In this document: positions 38,332 through 52,471 of the stretch, piece by piece
Layout of the letters: each line of letters starts with the position of its first letter
How positions within the stretch are numbered: the stretch's first letter is position 1
Source of the DNA: Octopus vulgaris
Taxonomy: Eukaryota
Direction of reading: 5' to 3'
Length of the DNA stretch: 64,000 nucleotides
Assembly (NCBI GenBank): GCA_951406725.2
Contig: OX597833.1
Location: 20,894,001 to 20,958,000, forward strand
Program-made: the position numbers and the translations under genes
Notes under the pieces: model-generated
What the model saw: only the letters and a program-made list of their open reading frames with translations
Told to the model about the DNA's origin: nothing
Database searches by the model: none

Positions 38332-38459
38332 TTTGGTAGTTTATCTGCATTCCGGCTACGAATCTTCAATGCCTTTATATTTCGCTCCCAGTCTGTAATA
38401 TCCACGAGACATTGGTCTGCAAGCTCATTTATGTCGATAGTTCCAAGAGCAACCCAATC
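38332..38459 (-). CDS. DYNC2H1: DYNC2H1 exon (DWVALGTIDINELADQCLVDITDWERNIKALKIRSRNADKLP)
   Basis: tag/gtaat junctions, 128 nt (phase 0 to 2). Resembles EWIVIGQVDMEALVEKHL..DWEKNFKALKIK. Confidence 0.94.
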
Positions 38460-38672
38460 CTAGGAAACAACAGAAGAAGAAGAAATATTAACAATACAGT
38501 TATTAACCAGAAAGAGTTGCTGCTGTTTCAATCTAAACTAAATCTGGTGAAGCAGTCCTAAGCTCAACAGCCTCCCTGTTGTGATTATCCTGAATGTTTT
38601 TAAAAGTATTATTGAATGCATCCTTTCATTATTTAACATATTACAGCAGTGGTCTCAACCATCATCCATATA

Positions 38673-38890
38673 TGAGGTGGTGCTGAAAAGTTCCTGCCTT
38701 TGGGAAAAAAGAAAATACAGGAGGATCAGTTAATTATGATTTTATTCAACATATTCCCCTCTCTGATTCACACACTTATTGCCGTGGTCCTTCAGTTTTC
38801 CTAAGCCTTATAAAAGAACTCAAAAAGTTGGGCCTCCAGCCAGGCCTTTATTGACACCCTTAAAGCCAGGAATTGTTCAGCACCCCCTCA
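38673..38890. mobile_element. Mariner-type MITE with TA TSD
   Basis: TIRs TGAGGTGGTGCTGAAAAGTTCCTG / CAGGAATTGTTCAGCACCCCCTCA. Second, truncated copy at 44930-45132. Confidence 0.8.
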
Positions 38891-39264
38891 TAAGATTTTT
38901 TTGAGGTCCATATAAGCAAAATAGTGAATTGGGGGTCCATGGTAGTATTTTAGTGGCCCAAGACAAAATTTTGCTTTAGTTGGGTTTGTTTCTTTAACAT
39001 TTTACATAGTTCACCACCCATGTGGTGACTTGTTAAAGTGCCTGTGGGGAACCTATACGCCAAGGAAACCGGGAAACCGGCCCTTATGAGGCAGGCATGG
39101 CTCGAGAAGGAACAAACAATTGCATTTGTTAAAGAGAGAAAACTCCCAAAAGGGATGTAACTCATGTGATCTAAGCCATCCAATGAAGAGAGAACAAGAT
39201 CAATATGTATCAAAGTAATACTGTATTGTATGTCGATATAATATTGAGGAAATGTCCTTGAAGA

Positions 39265-39570
39265 CATTGTTTGTTCCTTCTCGAGCTGTGCCTGGCTCAT
39301 AAGGGCTGGTTTTCTGGTTTCCTTGGCGTATAGGTTCCCCACCTGGACAGGATGCCAGTCCATTGCAGGTGAGCTGCAAGATGCAGGAGGAAAGAGTGAG
39401 TGAAAGGTGTGGTGAAAGAGTCAGCAGAAGTTCACCATTACCTTCTGGCAGAGCCGCGTGGAGCTTAGGTGTTTCGCTCATAAACACACACATCTCTCGG
39501 TCTGAGATTTGAATCCACAATCCCTCAACCGCAAGTCCTCTGCTCTAACCACTAGTCCATGTGCCTCCAC
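39265..39570 (-). mobile_element. SINE family C with 12-bp TSD (cttgaagacatt)
   Basis: tRNA-like head at 39570 and a direct repeat on both sides. Confidence 0.82.
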
Positions 39571-39653
39571 TCTTGAAGACATTACTAAAGTATGGCCACA
39601 ACACAAAGACTGAAATCACTAAATAAGAAAGAAAAAATTTTTTAAAAAGTCAC

Positions 39654-39882
39654 CTTAAATTGTTCATAAACTGATTTGAGCTGTTTAAAAAGTGTATCCA
39701 TATTTCTGTAGCAGGTTACAAACCCACGCACATTCCTGTCAACGATCGTTCGGAATATCATAGTACGGTTTTTATCGGACACACCTTGGAAGTTGTATGG
39801 AATGCTCAGGAATTTCTTCATTTCTCGTGAGTATCTCTGTTTTGTTTGCTCAAATGAGGGAGAAAACTGTAGTTTCTGGTGC
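39654..39882 (-). CDS. DYNC2H1: DYNC2H1 exon (HQKLQFSPSFEQTKQRYSREMKKFLSIPYNFQGV...VYEQFK)
   Basis: cag/gtgac junctions, 229 nt (phase 2 to 0). Resembles LQFRPPFEEIRAKYYREMKRFIGIPNQFKGV. Confidence 0.95.
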
Positions 39883-39913
39883 CTGAAAAATAGCATTACT
39901 GTAATCTATTATA

Positions 39914-40427
39914 CCGTAAATCCTCGAGTATAGTCCCCCTTGAGTATAATATGCAAGGGATTTTTAGGGGGCTGTACCTCTGAAAAACCTAAACCTTGTG
40001 TATAATACGCACCCCTTCTCTAACTTGAGTCAAGGAGGTCTATATAACATCCTTGGTTTGTAAAAATGTATACGGTAACGTCCTTTATTATTATTGTATA
40101 TATAACATAATGCAAACGTGTAGCTTTTTTGTGCATTTTGTTTGCAGAAAATAAAGAAATAACAGTAATACCGTTTAATAAATGTTGCTTACTGCAAGTT
40201 ATGGATGATCCTTTTATGACTTCATTGATTTCAGGCTTAGCTTAAGGTATTTTCGCGCCCGACATCACAAAATGCGACTGAATAAACATAGCCAGACAGC
40301 AAATAGAGACTCGGACATTGCTTAGAAATTAACTTTCATTTTTAACCTCGTGTATAATATGCAATAGGGATTTTGACCTTTAAATTTTGAGGGGAAAAAC
40401 ATGTGGATTATACTCGAGGATTTACGG
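39914..40427. mobile_element. pogo/Tigger-type MITE with TA TSD, about 30 nt from an exon acceptor
   Basis: Perfect TIR CCGTAAATCCTCGAGTATA, plus internal repeats of GTATAATA(T/C)GCA. Confidence 0.85.
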
Positions 40428-41659
40428 TAACTGCCTGCTGTGACTAAATCGTTAAGCTGCTTGGCTATGGAATATAAATGGTCCAGCAACTCTCTTTAGA
40501 ACCCTTTCATTACCATTTTCCTGCTGAAATACACTGCATTTGTTTCAATTAGTTTTGAAAATAACAAAGAATTTAGTAAAATAAATTTATCATTATTTTT
40601 AAGCTAGCGTTTAGAACATAAATCATCATGAAATTTTAAAGGAAGGATTTAATTTGGATCACTTTAAAAAAGGAAGTTAGTATGACAGAATGAGAGGTAA
40701 TCTCAGGCAAGTTGGTATCAAAAGGGTTAAAGTTGCTAGTTCACAGCAGATCGTTCTGTTAATACATGAAGGAAAGGAGATGGTAACTCTCTTGATAGTT
40801 CTAAAGCTAAGGTGCTGCTGGGCTATTCGGATATAATATAATTGTATTAATTTCAATAATTATGGTTTCTGTGGCAAATTGGTTTGATTATAGCATTAAT
40901 GTACTGACAAATTTCATTAGTTCTAGTAAAAGAAAATTTGGTTGACTAAATGGTAAAAGTGCTGAATTATTGCTAGAAATTCACGAAATCAATTAGAAGA
41001 TTCCATTAAGCAAAGCTAAAACCGAAAACACTGAACTTTGTTGTATAAATACTGAAGTATTTGTTTTGTAGCATTTGATCTTTATTTTATCAACAGTGAC
41101 CGGATAACAATGTTATGAGGAGGGTATCAACTGCAATCTAAGATAGAATTATGAAAGATTATGATGAAATTAAATTTTACTACTTTATTACTAAAGAGAT
41201 TTCATTTTAATAATTAATTAATAGGTTCTGCAGCAGAAAGTAGCTTTTGAATACTTTGAGTGAACTACGTGTTGCATTAGTAATTCACAGTCCTAAATTT
41301 ATGCAAGCAAGGCAGTATGATTAACAAGATTACTTCATATAAGGAGGCTTCAGCCCTGCCTTCATCTTGTTGGGGTCAATAAAATAAAGAACTAGTCAAG
41401 TACTGGGATCAATATATGTCCCTAAATCTTTCCCTTAAATTGCTGGCCTTGTGCCTGTATTAAAACAATCATAATTATTATAAACATCATCATCATCACC
41501 ATTACTATTATTATTGTAGTTGTTATTATTATTTCTGCCAAGGTCAACTTTGCCTTTCATCTTTTTGGAGTTGATAAATTAATACCAGTGAAATACTGAG
41601 GTTGATGTAATCAACCTGTTCCCTCCCCAAATTTCAGGCCTTGTGCCTATAGTAAAAAG

Positions 41660-41848
41660 TATTATTATTATTATTACTATTATTATTATTAGTAGTAGTA
41701 GTGCTAGTAGTAGTAGTATTATTATTATTATTATTACTACTATTATTATTATTACTATTATTATTATTACTATTACTATTATTATTATTATTATTATTAT
41801 TACTATTATTATTATTATTATTATTATTACTATTATTATTATTATTAC

Positions 41849-41883
<35 letters not shown>
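41660..41883. repeat. (ATT/ACT)n microsatellite
   Basis: Direct inspection. Confidence 0.95.
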
Positions 41884-41884
<1 letters not shown>

Positions 41885-42705
41885 GGTAGATGAGCTGACA
41901 GAATTCTGACTGCATGAAAAAAATGCTTAGCGGCATTTCTTCTGACTTTAGACTCTGAGTTCAAATTCTGCCGAGATTGATTTTTGTTTTTAATCCTTTC
42001 AGGGTCGAAAAATTAAGTACCAGTGAAACACTAGGATCAATGTAATTGACTAGTCTCCCTTCCCAAAAATTTCAGGCTGTGTGCCTTTAGTAGAAAGAAT
42101 TATTATTATTATTGTTGTTGTTAAGATGAGCTGTTAGACCCATTAACATGCTGGGCAAGAAGCTTAGTAGCATTTTGACCATTTCTGTGTACTGAGTTCA
42201 AATTCTGCCGTGGTTGACCTTGCCTTTCATCCTTTCAGGGTCAATAGAATAAGTACCAGTTGAGCACTGGGGTTGATTTAATCGACTTGGCTCCTTCTCC
42301 TAAACTATCAAGATAAACAGTGCATGACCTTGCAGATGGGTCCCACTTGGAATTTTCTTCAGGTCGGGTAGCTCACCCTGTTCAAAACATCCCTGAATAA
42401 GGATTGTTTAAGGATGTTGAACGAAACACCCATGTTTCCAGAGGTGAATTATTCAAACCCCATAGAATTCCTCTCAATACATGGCTATGATGCTCCCCTA
42501 CTACTTCTGCTTGTGATCAGAGATGCATATATCATCAGCCACTAAGGGTCAACTGGTTAAGGTCAAGCAACTGACAAGCAAATCTGTGGTATTGAGCAGA
42601 ATATTTGCTGTAGCCTATCTTTTATACCAAGACAAAACAATGTACATGGTAACACTTCCAATCAGTTGAAATCAGAAGCCATGAGAGCCACTGCATCAGG
42701 GCATA

Positions 42706-42738
<33 letters not shown>

Positions 42739-43104
42739 CATTATTATTATTTGCACAACTGTTTTGCTAAAAACTGGTTTCTCTTTTGAGTACTTATATC
42801 ACATTCCTGGCAGTAGTCTTAGTCAATCACACCTCCAAACCTATTGAAATGTATTCAAAAAAAAAAAGACTAGTTCTTTTGCAGGGTACTGAATACCAGA
42901 ATTTGAAGTAAAAAATGGCAAGAAAGAGGTTTCTGTCAATGCAAGAAATTAACCAGATAAACTGAGTTAGATAAACAGCAGCTTGTTCAGAAACATGACA
43001 GGCATGCAGCAGGATTGAACTCACAAAGCATGACTTTATATTAAAATACCTTATCCATTTGGTTATTTTACACACATCCTTTCCCACCTCTGATCCATAT
43101 GACT

Positions 43105-43424
43105 TTCTAAACGATAAACGTCGCCCTTTTCAAGCCTAGCCAGGCTCATGGGCTCGGTTTCCTGGTTTCTGTGGCGTATGTGTTCCCCCCAGCTGGACGG
43201 GACGCCAGTCCATCGCAGCGTTACTCAAGAAACAGGAAGAGAAAGTGAGAGAAAGTTGTGGTGAAAGAGTACAACAGGGGTCGCCACCACCCCCTGCCGG
43301 AGCCTCGTGGAGTTTTTAGGTGTTTTCGTTCAATAGACACACACAATGCCCGGTTTAGGAATTGAAACTGCAATCCTCCGACCGCGAGTTCGCTGCCCTA
43401 ACCACTGGGCCATTGCGCCTCCAC
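43105..43424 (-). mobile_element. SINE family C, about 15 nt from an exon donor
   Basis: tRNA-like head, A/B-box-like TGGCCCAGTGG / GTTTCAATTCC. Confidence 0.82.
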
Positions 43425-43438
43425 AATGACTTACTAAC

Positions 43439-43578
43439 CTGAATACAAGTTCCACTTTAATTTCTGCAATGTTCGTGTTTAGAGCCTCCAAACCACTCTG
43501 GTATTGGTGTTCCAGACTTTTGTACAGTTGGTAGTCCCAGTGTCGGCGCCAGCCAACCATCAATTCAAAAGAGTAACC
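43439..43578 (-). CDS. DYNC2H1: DYNC2H1 exon (GYSFELMVGWRRHWDYQLYKSLEHQYQSGLEALNTNIAEIKVELVF)
   Basis: cag/gttagt junctions, 140 nt (phase 0 to 2). Resembles WKQHWNHQLYKALEHQYQMGLEALNENLPEI. Confidence 0.96.
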
Positions 43579-44550
43579 CTGAGTGACAGAAGCAGGAGTA
43601 CCAATAACAATAATAATAATGACAGGGCAAAAAGAATAATCATGGGAATATATAATAAATAAACAAGAAAGACACAATAATAAGAAAGAAAATTTTAACA
43701 ATTCTACCATATTTCCCAGCATATGAACCAATGTAATATTTAGTATAAACATGTATTGCAAATATTCAAACATTATTACTATCTTTTCCATTTCTGCTAA
43801 TTTTACATGGAACTTTTGGTCCTCTGAAGTTGTCTTGGTGTATAAGTTTCTCTACCTTTTTTTTTCATCATCATCATCATTTAACGTCCATCTTCCATAC
43901 TGGCATGGGTTGGACAGTTTGACAGGAGCTTCTATGTCTTTTTTGACAGGGTTTTTTTATGGCTGGATGCCCTTCCTAATACCAACCACCCAGCAGAATG
44001 GACTGAGTGATTTTTACACGGTACTAGCACAGGCGAGGTCAGTTTTGGCATTGTTTTTACCGCTGGATGCCTTTCCAAATGCCAACCACTTCACAGTGTG
44101 GACTGGATGTTTTGTATGTGGCACCAGCACTGGCAGGATCACCAAGTAACTTGCAAGACAAGGAATTTTGAGAGGGGAGGGGGCATTAGAAGAGGTGATC
44201 TTGTGTCAGATGATGAAAGGTTAGAGTGTGACAGAGAGGCAGAAACAAGTAAATATTTGTCTGAAAAATATGATGATTTAATTTTTACTTCTAATTGTTC
44301 AGACGGATTACGTGTTTAAAATAGAGTTCATCAACTGTTCAGAGAGACAACACAACATCTGTTCAGAAACACAGTATAACATCTGTTGAGAGACACAACA
44401 CAATATCTATTTAGAGACAGCACAACACCTGTTGTGAGACAATACAAAATGCATTGTTAAAGGTAATTGGAATCTTGAATCTTGAGGGTATATATCTGTT
44501 TTCCACAGAAAAAAAGGCTTCAGTAAAATTAAGGAAAACTATGAAAATAC

Positions 44551-44649
44551 CTGATTAGAAACAGCTGTTAGCACATGTTTGATATCCATGTAACAATCTT
44601 TCCACTGTTGATGTTTGCGCAGTAGATCAAGATGCATCAACTGTTGGAC
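44551..44649 (-). CDS. DYNC2H1: DYNC2H1 exon (VQQLMHLDLLRKHQQWKDCYMDIKHVLTAVSNQ)
   Basis: cag/gtatt junctions, 99 nt (phase 0 to 0). Resembles VVVLMNIDLLRQQQRWKD. Confidence 0.93.
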
Positions 44650-45190
44650 CTGGACAAAATAGACACCAAAGAACAACAATTTATAAAATAAAGGTCTTGT
44701 GTTAACATTGATATATTTATCATGATAGGTTAATGGGCAGCAAAAACAAGTTTTACACCAGAGAAATAGCTTTGTGATGTTTAAAATCTCATGAAAGTCA
44801 ATTTTGCCATTTATCCTTATGGAGTGGGTAAAGAAATAATTACCAGCCAAATACTGGGACTGATTTAATTGGCTCTATTTATTCTGAATATGTGTGGCTT
44901 TGTATCTGTGTCAAAAATAATTATTACATACGAGAGGATGCTGAAAAGTTCCTGGCTTTGGGTAAAAGAAAACACAAGAGGATCAGTTAACTATCATTTT
45001 ATTTAACATATTCCCCTCTCAGATTCACATACTTATTGCAGTGGTCCTTTAGTTTATCTAAGCCCTGTAAAAAAAACTTGGAATGTTGGGCCTCCAACCA
45101 GGCCTTTCCTGATACCCTTAAAACCAGGAACTAATATGACTTTAGCAATGCCACTTCTGCTACTGGAAGAATCTTGTCTGCCGCTGATAT

Positions 45191-46429
45191 ATCAGGTTGA
45201 GTAAAAAGTAAGCAATGTTTTGAACCATAAAGAATTTGTACCAGATTTTTGCAGAGTTTTGAAATTTTTTAAACATTTTATTTGCAATTGTCTGATAATA
45301 CAAACATAGACTTAAATATATCAATAAATTAACATTGATAGTTTTTTCACTATCGTTAAGTCATCTGAAATGGAACTGTCAAAGCGCAATATTCAAGTAA
45401 TTTTGCTATTTAGCTTCAAAAAAGGTTGTAAAGCAGCTGAAACTGCTTGCAATTTCAACAAAACATTTGGTGAGGAAATGACCAGTGAGTGGTCAGCTTG
45501 AAAATGGTTTAAATGATTTTGCAGTGGAGAATTGAGCCTTGAAGATCATGAGCATAGTGGACGCCAATCTGTCATTGAGAAAGATCCACATAAAACCACT
45601 TGAGACCTGGTAAAAGAACTTCAAGTTAGCCAGAAAGCTGCCTGCAACCATTTGCAGGTGATCAGAAAATCAGAAAAGCTCAACAAATGGGTACCGCATG
45701 ATTTGAATGAAAATCAAAAAATGCACAAATATGAAATTTGCTTGTTGCTTCTTCCTTGTAATCAGACCAATCCATTTCTCAACCGTATTGTAATTTGCAA
45801 TGACAAGTGGATTCTGTACAATAATAAAAAACATTCTTTGCAGTGGTTGGACCAAAACGAAGCACTAAAAACCTTCCCTAAACCTGAGCGCTTTAAAAAG
45901 AAGGTTAAGGTCACTGTTTGGTGGTGTACTGCTGGATTCATTCACAATAACTTCTTAAAACCCTGAAAAACCATTACTGTAGAAACATATTGCCATGAAA
46001 TTGCTAAAAATGAACAAAAAGCTGCTACTCTGGTCAACAGAAAGGAGCCAATAATTCTTTATGACAATGCTTGACCACATGTTTCACTATGCTCCAGAAG
46101 TTGAGGGAACTTGGCTACAAAGTTCTTCCCTATCCAGCTTATTACCCAGACCTTTCTCCTACCGACTGCCACTTTTTCAAGCACCCTGATGGTTTCCTGC
46201 AAGAGAAGGAGTTCAAAAATCAAACTGATGCTGTAAGTGCATTCAAGGAATTCATCAGCTCCAGAACTCCAGATTTTTATGTTACCTGAATAAACAAACT
46301 TGTAGATCGGCAAAAATGTGTTGATTGTAATGGAAACATACATGGATGAATAAAACTTCTGCATTGTTGAAATATATTGTGACGAATTTCATTTTTTCAA
46401 ACCGTTGCTTACTTTTTACTCAGCCTGAT
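45191..46429 (+). mobile_element. Full-length degenerate mariner (DD34D), about 1.24 kb
   Basis: TIRs ATCAGGTTGAGTAAAAAGTAAGCAA / TTGCTTACTTTTTACTCAGCCTGAT. Motifs WVPHDL, CNDKWILY, YDNA*PH, YYPDLSPTDCHFF, with stops and frameshifts. Confidence 0.93.
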
Positions 46430-47899
46430 ATTTCTATGTCTTTTAACACTATACATCCATAAAAGATGCTAACTCAAGATGAATACTGTAGCTTATTAGG
46501 CGTTCACTAACGTATCTCTACTTTAAGTATGATACACAGATTGATACAGATATATATGCATGTGTGTGTGTTTTTATATATATGTGTACACACACACACT
46601 GTCATATATAAATATATACATACATATATATATATATATATATTCTGTTACTTGTGTCAGTCATTAGACTGTGGCCATGCTGGAGTACCACCTTAAAGGG
46701 TTTTAGTCACAGAAATTGACCCCAGGACTTATTCTTTGTAAGTCCAGTACTTATTCTATTGGTCTCTTTTGTTGAACCAAGTTACAGGAACATAAACACA
46801 AAAACATTGGTTATCAAGCAAAGGCTGGAAGACAAACCCAGACACAAGCACATACATTTATATGTACATACATACATATATATTTATACATGGCCTGTGC
46901 CGGTGGCATGTAAAAAGCACCCACTACACTCACGGAGTGGTTGATGTTAGGAAGGGCATCCAGCTGTAGAAACACTGCCTGATCAGACTGGAGCCTGGTG
47001 TAGCCTTCTGGCTTCCCAGACCCTGGTCGAACTGTCTAAACCATGCTAGCATGGAAAACGGATGTTAAACGATGATGATATATAGTTTCCATCTACCAGA
47101 TCCACTCACAAGGTTTTGGTCAGCCTGAGGCTATAGTAGAAGACACTTGCCCTAGGTGCCACACAATGGAACTGAAGCAGGAACCATGCAGTTGGGAAGC
47201 AATTACACCATAAGGTCAGTTTTCTGGTTTCTTTTGTGTAGATATTCCTCCCCTGGATGGCAAGCCAGTCCATCGCAGGATTACTCACTTTTACCAGCTG
47301 AGTGGACTGGAGTAATGTGAAATGAAGTGTCTTGCCCAAGAACACAATACATTACCAGGTGCAGGAATTGAAACCGCAATTGAGTCCAGCACCCTAACTA
47401 CTAAGCCATGAGGCCCCACTTGTATCTGACACATATTATATATATATCATCATCATCATCATCATCCTCTTCCTCATCATCATCATTACTGCCACTACCA
47501 TCATTACCATTATTATCTCACTGTCATTGTTATCACCATCACCATCAGCATCCTCATCTGCATCATCATTGTCATCATCATTATATTCATTTTCATCATC
47601 TCAAATGCTAAGCATGACACATATGTTAATCTTTGAAATGATAAACTCAGAACAGCTATTTATTATGTTAATTAAGATGACAGGACGCTGTCCATCCATT
47701 TAATTAACCATCACTCTCCTCTTTCTCTTCCTCATCATTATCATCATAGTCACCATCATTAAGTCACTGTTACACATATGAGCCAACATTAAAGCCATCA
47801 GTGAGACACATATGCTCGCATCATCATCATCATCATCCCCGTGGTCAACAGACTACTCTACCACCAATCACGCCCACTGTCATTAATCCATACACCCAT

Positions 47900-48350
47900 C
47901 ACTGCTACTACCACCACCACCACCACCACCACCTCGACCATCACCACTACTACTACCACCACCACTAACACCATAACTACTACTACTACTACTACTAGCA
48001 CCACCACCATTACTACTACCACTCGTACTATTGCTACCACCACCACCACCACCACCACCACCACCACCACTACTACTACCAACACCACCATCACTTCAAC
48101 TACTACTACTACAACTGCTACAATTACTACTACTGCAGTCATCACCATCAGCTACCAACACCACCACAACTACTATTACTATCACAACCATGACCCCAGT
48201 AACCACAACCATCACCACAACTATAGCAAACATGACCACCACAAATGACAACCCGCACCCCACCTTATGGCAACTGCCACCACTACTACTACCATCACCA
48301 CGACAACCACCACTGCCATCTGCCGCTGCCACCCCCCACCACCACCACAA
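47900..48350. repeat. (ACC/ACT)n low-complexity tract abutting an exon donor
   Basis: Direct inspection; similar tracts at 26670-26860 and 52370-52470. Confidence 0.9.
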
Positions 48351-48368
48351 TCTCCAGCATCATCCCAC

Positions 48369-48517
48369 CTTCTCACAGATGTTCTTATGGTACTGGCGCA
48401 ACATTCGATTTTCGGACGTCAGCTTCTTGGCAGCTTCCTGCAGTCTCTTGATGTAGCTCTCCAGTTCTTCAGGGTTATCCCACGTCACCTTGGTGATACC
48501 ATGATGTCCTTTTGTAT
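48369..48517 (-). CDS. DYNC2H1: DYNC2H1 exon (TKGHHGITKVTWDNPEELESYIKRLQEAAKKLTSENRMLRQYHKNICEK)
   Basis: tag/gtggg junctions, 149 nt (phase 1 to 0). Resembles ITWDNPKELEGYIQKLQNAAERLATENRKLRKWH. Confidence 0.95.
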
Positions 48518-48979
48518 CTAGGGAAAAAAATAAAAACAAAAAAATAAATTAAAACAAGGAAAATGAGAGACTAACAGACAGACATGCTGATTGTATCATT
48601 TTTTATTTAAGATGTTAGTTTTTTTTTGTTTGTATTGTGTTTATGTGTTTTTATCCTTATTTATTTTCATGTTTATTTTATGATTATTGTGTTTTTTTTC
48701 CTCCATTGTTACTACCACTGCCACTGGGAACAAAACAAAACCATCAACAATTGGGTCCGCAAAAATTTGAAAAGTAAAAGCATGCACAGACATAGGCACA
48801 GGCGTGGCTGTGTGGTAAGAAGCTTGCTTCCCAATGGCATGGTTCTGGGTTCAGTCCCACTGCACAGCACTTTGGGCAAGTGTTTTCTACTATAGCCTTG
48901 GGCTGACAAAAGCCTTGTGAGTGGATTTAGTAGATGGAAACTTAAAGAAGCCCATCGTGTATATATATATATATATATA

Positions 48980-49235
48980 TCACGTGACCGACCAGACCAT
49001 CAGATGTTGTTACACATCGCTGGTCACAATGTGTTCGCATTGTTTTAGCCTTCGAATGACGCCACCCCGCTGCCTAAGCGAGCAGGCCAACAGACGAAAG
49101 AGTACAGCAGGGATCACCACCCCCTGCCGGAGCGTCGTGGAGCTTTTATAAACACACACAACGCCCGGTCTGGGAATCGAAACCGCGATCCTATGACCGC
49201 GAGTCCGCTGCCCTAACCACTGGGCCATTGCACCT

Positions 49236-49240
<5 letters not shown>
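48980..49240 (-). mobile_element. SINE family C with CACGTGAT-ending tail, within (TA)n
   Basis: The tail alone also occurs at 23250-23370 (+). Confidence 0.78.
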
Positions 49241-49278
<38 letters not shown>

Positions 49279-49734
49279 ACATATGCATATATACATACAT
49301 ATATGTACGTACCTACATCTACATGTATATATACATGCATATATGGGTACAGGACACCAAAAGAAACGTCGAACACAATGGGAAACGAAAACATAAACAC
49401 AAAACCAAGGAAATGGACATTTTTCTTAAATAACGAAAAAATAGCGTACAGGCCATACAACACAAGGAAAATTCCCCTTCTTCAGCCGCCTCTGTTTCAT
49501 CTAATCCGCGTTTGAAGATGTACAGAATAATCTGAGATAAATCACGAGAAACTGAAGAAGCAACCTTAATGGATCTCAGATTCAAAATCTCATAATATCT
49601 GCTCCTTTTACTGATGTTTAAAAAACAATTTATACACTGCTCCAACTAAGTTACGTTTTAGTTGACTGGCAAAGAGAATAACATACCATATAATGTCATT
49701 CTTGTCCAAAACTAAATATATATATATATATATA

Positions 49735-50165
49735 GGCGCAGGAGTGGCTGTGGTAAGTAGCTTACTTACTAACCACATGGTTCCGGGTTCAGTCTCACTG
49801 CGTAGCACCTTAGGCAAGTGTCTTCTACTATAGCCACGGGCCAACCAAAGCCTTGTGAGGGGATTTGGTAGACGGAAACTGAAAGAAGCCCGTCGTATAT
49901 ATGTGTGTATATATACACATATGTATGTGTGTGTGTGTGCGTGTGTGTGTATGTTTGTGTGTCTTTGTTTGTCACCACAAACATTGCTTGACAGCCGATG
50001 GTGGTGTGTTTACGTCCCCGTAACTTAGCGGTTCAGCAAAAGAGACCGATAGAATAAGTACTAGGCTTACAAAGAATAAGTCCTGGGGTCGATTTGCTCG
50101 ACTAAAGGCGGTGCTCTAGCATGGCCACAGTCAAATCACTGAAACAAGTAAAAGAGTAAAAGAGT
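49735..50165 (+). mobile_element. SINE family A
   Basis: Full-length copy following (TA)n. Confidence 0.88.
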
Positions 50166-52369
50166 ATATGTGTATCATAAATTTATTTCTAATATAGGAT
50201 AATTATTTTTCAGAAATTTAACCAAGTAGCCAGCATATTAAAATACCTTTAAATTGAAAATTATTTATTTATAATATGTATATAAATATGTATGTATATA
50301 TGTGTGTGTTTTCCCCCTCACCATCGCTTGACAACCGATGTTGGTGTGTTTATATCCCTGTATCTTAGCAGCTCAGCAAAAGATACTGATAGAATATGTA
50401 CTAGGCCAACAAAGGATAAGTTCTGGGATCAATTTGTTCAACTTAAAGGTGATGCTCCAGCATGGCTGCATTCAAATGGCTGAGTAGTAGTAGTAGTAGA
50501 TAACAGCAGGAACTAATAGTAGTAGTAGCAGCAGTGGTGGTGGTGGTGGTAGTGGGAGTAAGAGGAGGAGAAAGAGAAGCAGCAGTGAGAGATAAAAGAG
50601 GAAAAGAGTAATGGGAGGGAAAGAGAGAGACAGTGTGGAGTGAGAAGAAGTAAAAAAAAAAGGGAAAACACAAAAACAAAAGATTAAAAAATAAAAATAA
50701 TTTACCAGCTTTGAAGTGTGGCAATGCTGGAGCAACCTCCTACTAAAGTTTCAGCCAATTAAATCAACCCTCAGTACTTACAAAGGTAGTACATTTTATA
50801 GATCTCTGTTTATCGAATGGCTAAGTCCATCTTTGGGAGAAACATAATACTCATATATTACCTGTGCTGGTGGCATGTAAAATGCACCATCCGCATGTGG
50901 CCGATGCCAGCACCGCCTTGATTGGCTTCTGCGCCGGTGGCACGTAAAAAGCACCAACCATTTGTGGCCGTTGCAAGCCTACCCTGGCACCTGTGCCAGT
51001 GGCATGTAAAAAGCACCCACTACACTCATGAAGTGGTTGGTGTTAGGAAGGGCATCCAGCTGTAGAAACACTGCCAGATCAGACTGGAACCTGGTACAGC
51101 CTCTTGGTTCCCAGACCCCGGTCAAGCCATCCAACCCATGCTAGCATGGAAAACGGACATTAAACGATGATGATGATGATGACGACGACATCTAAAAAAC
51201 ATGAAGTAATTCTGTTTGATGCAGCCATCTACCTCTTACGTTGAATTGTTAATGAAATTGAATATTAATTATTTAGCTTGCAAGTCAACTTTGCCTTTCA
51301 TCTATCAGGTTGGTAGGGGGGGGGGCGATAAAATAAGTACCAGTTCAGCATTGTGGGGAGAGAGTCGATGTAGTTGACTGATCACTGCCCCTAAAATTTC
51401 AGGCCCTGTGCCTTTAGTAGAAGGAATGTGGAGCTTTGTCAAACACCTGCTGTCACATGGACTGATCCGGTTATCAGCTGAGTCCATTGTCAAGATCACC
51501 TTCTTTTAGTCAACAGTTTTTCCTCCGTCCGGTGGCTATGGCAAAGGAAGAACTGCTGCCGACCAGTATTTTTGTTCAGAGGATGGGTGAGTGTGGCAAG
51601 GATGGCCCATGTCAATGGGGTTACTCTGAACATTTGCATGTAAACTGGAAGAGTTGAGGGGAGAAGCACCTGCTGAGGTGCACCTCACATCAAGATAAAT
51701 AGTGCATGATCTTGCAGATGGAGCCCAGTTAGAATTTTTCTCAGGTTGAGTAGCTTATTCCATTCAAGAAGTCCCTGAATAAGGGTTGTTTAAGGGTCAT
51801 AAACAAAATACTCATTTTTACAAGGGTGAATTATTTAAACCCCAAAGAATCCATCTCAACACATGACTATGATTCTCCCCCACCACTCCTGCACATTCAG
51901 AGATGTACATGTTGTCAACCACTAAGGGACATGCACAACTGGTTAAGGTCAAATAAGTGACAAGAAAATCTGCAGTACTGAGCAGAATATTTGCTGTAGC
52001 CCATGTTTTATACCAAGACAAAATATGTACATGATAACACTTCCAATCAGTTAAGATCTGAAGCCATAAGAACCACTGCCTGGTATTGCACCTGAGCGCT
52101 TATTATCATTGATTTGAATCAGGTTCATTCTTATTTCTGGAAGTATGTGTAACCTTAGATATCCACAAGCTTTCTAAAGTCTTTCAAGTGCTTAAAACTC
52201 TCCTGATAATTTTTCCTGTCCCTAAGAAGGCAAGAAGCTCTACAGGACGTTCTATTCCAACTTCCTTCAATCAATACTCTATACATTTATTTACCCACAG
52301 TTCTTAATGCACCAATTATTAAAAGCACAACCTTTACAGTTTACACACTCCAAATTCTTGCAATTTCAA

Positions 52370-52407
<38 letters not shown>

Positions 52408-52417
52408 AACCACCACC

Positions 52418-52471
<54 letters not shown>

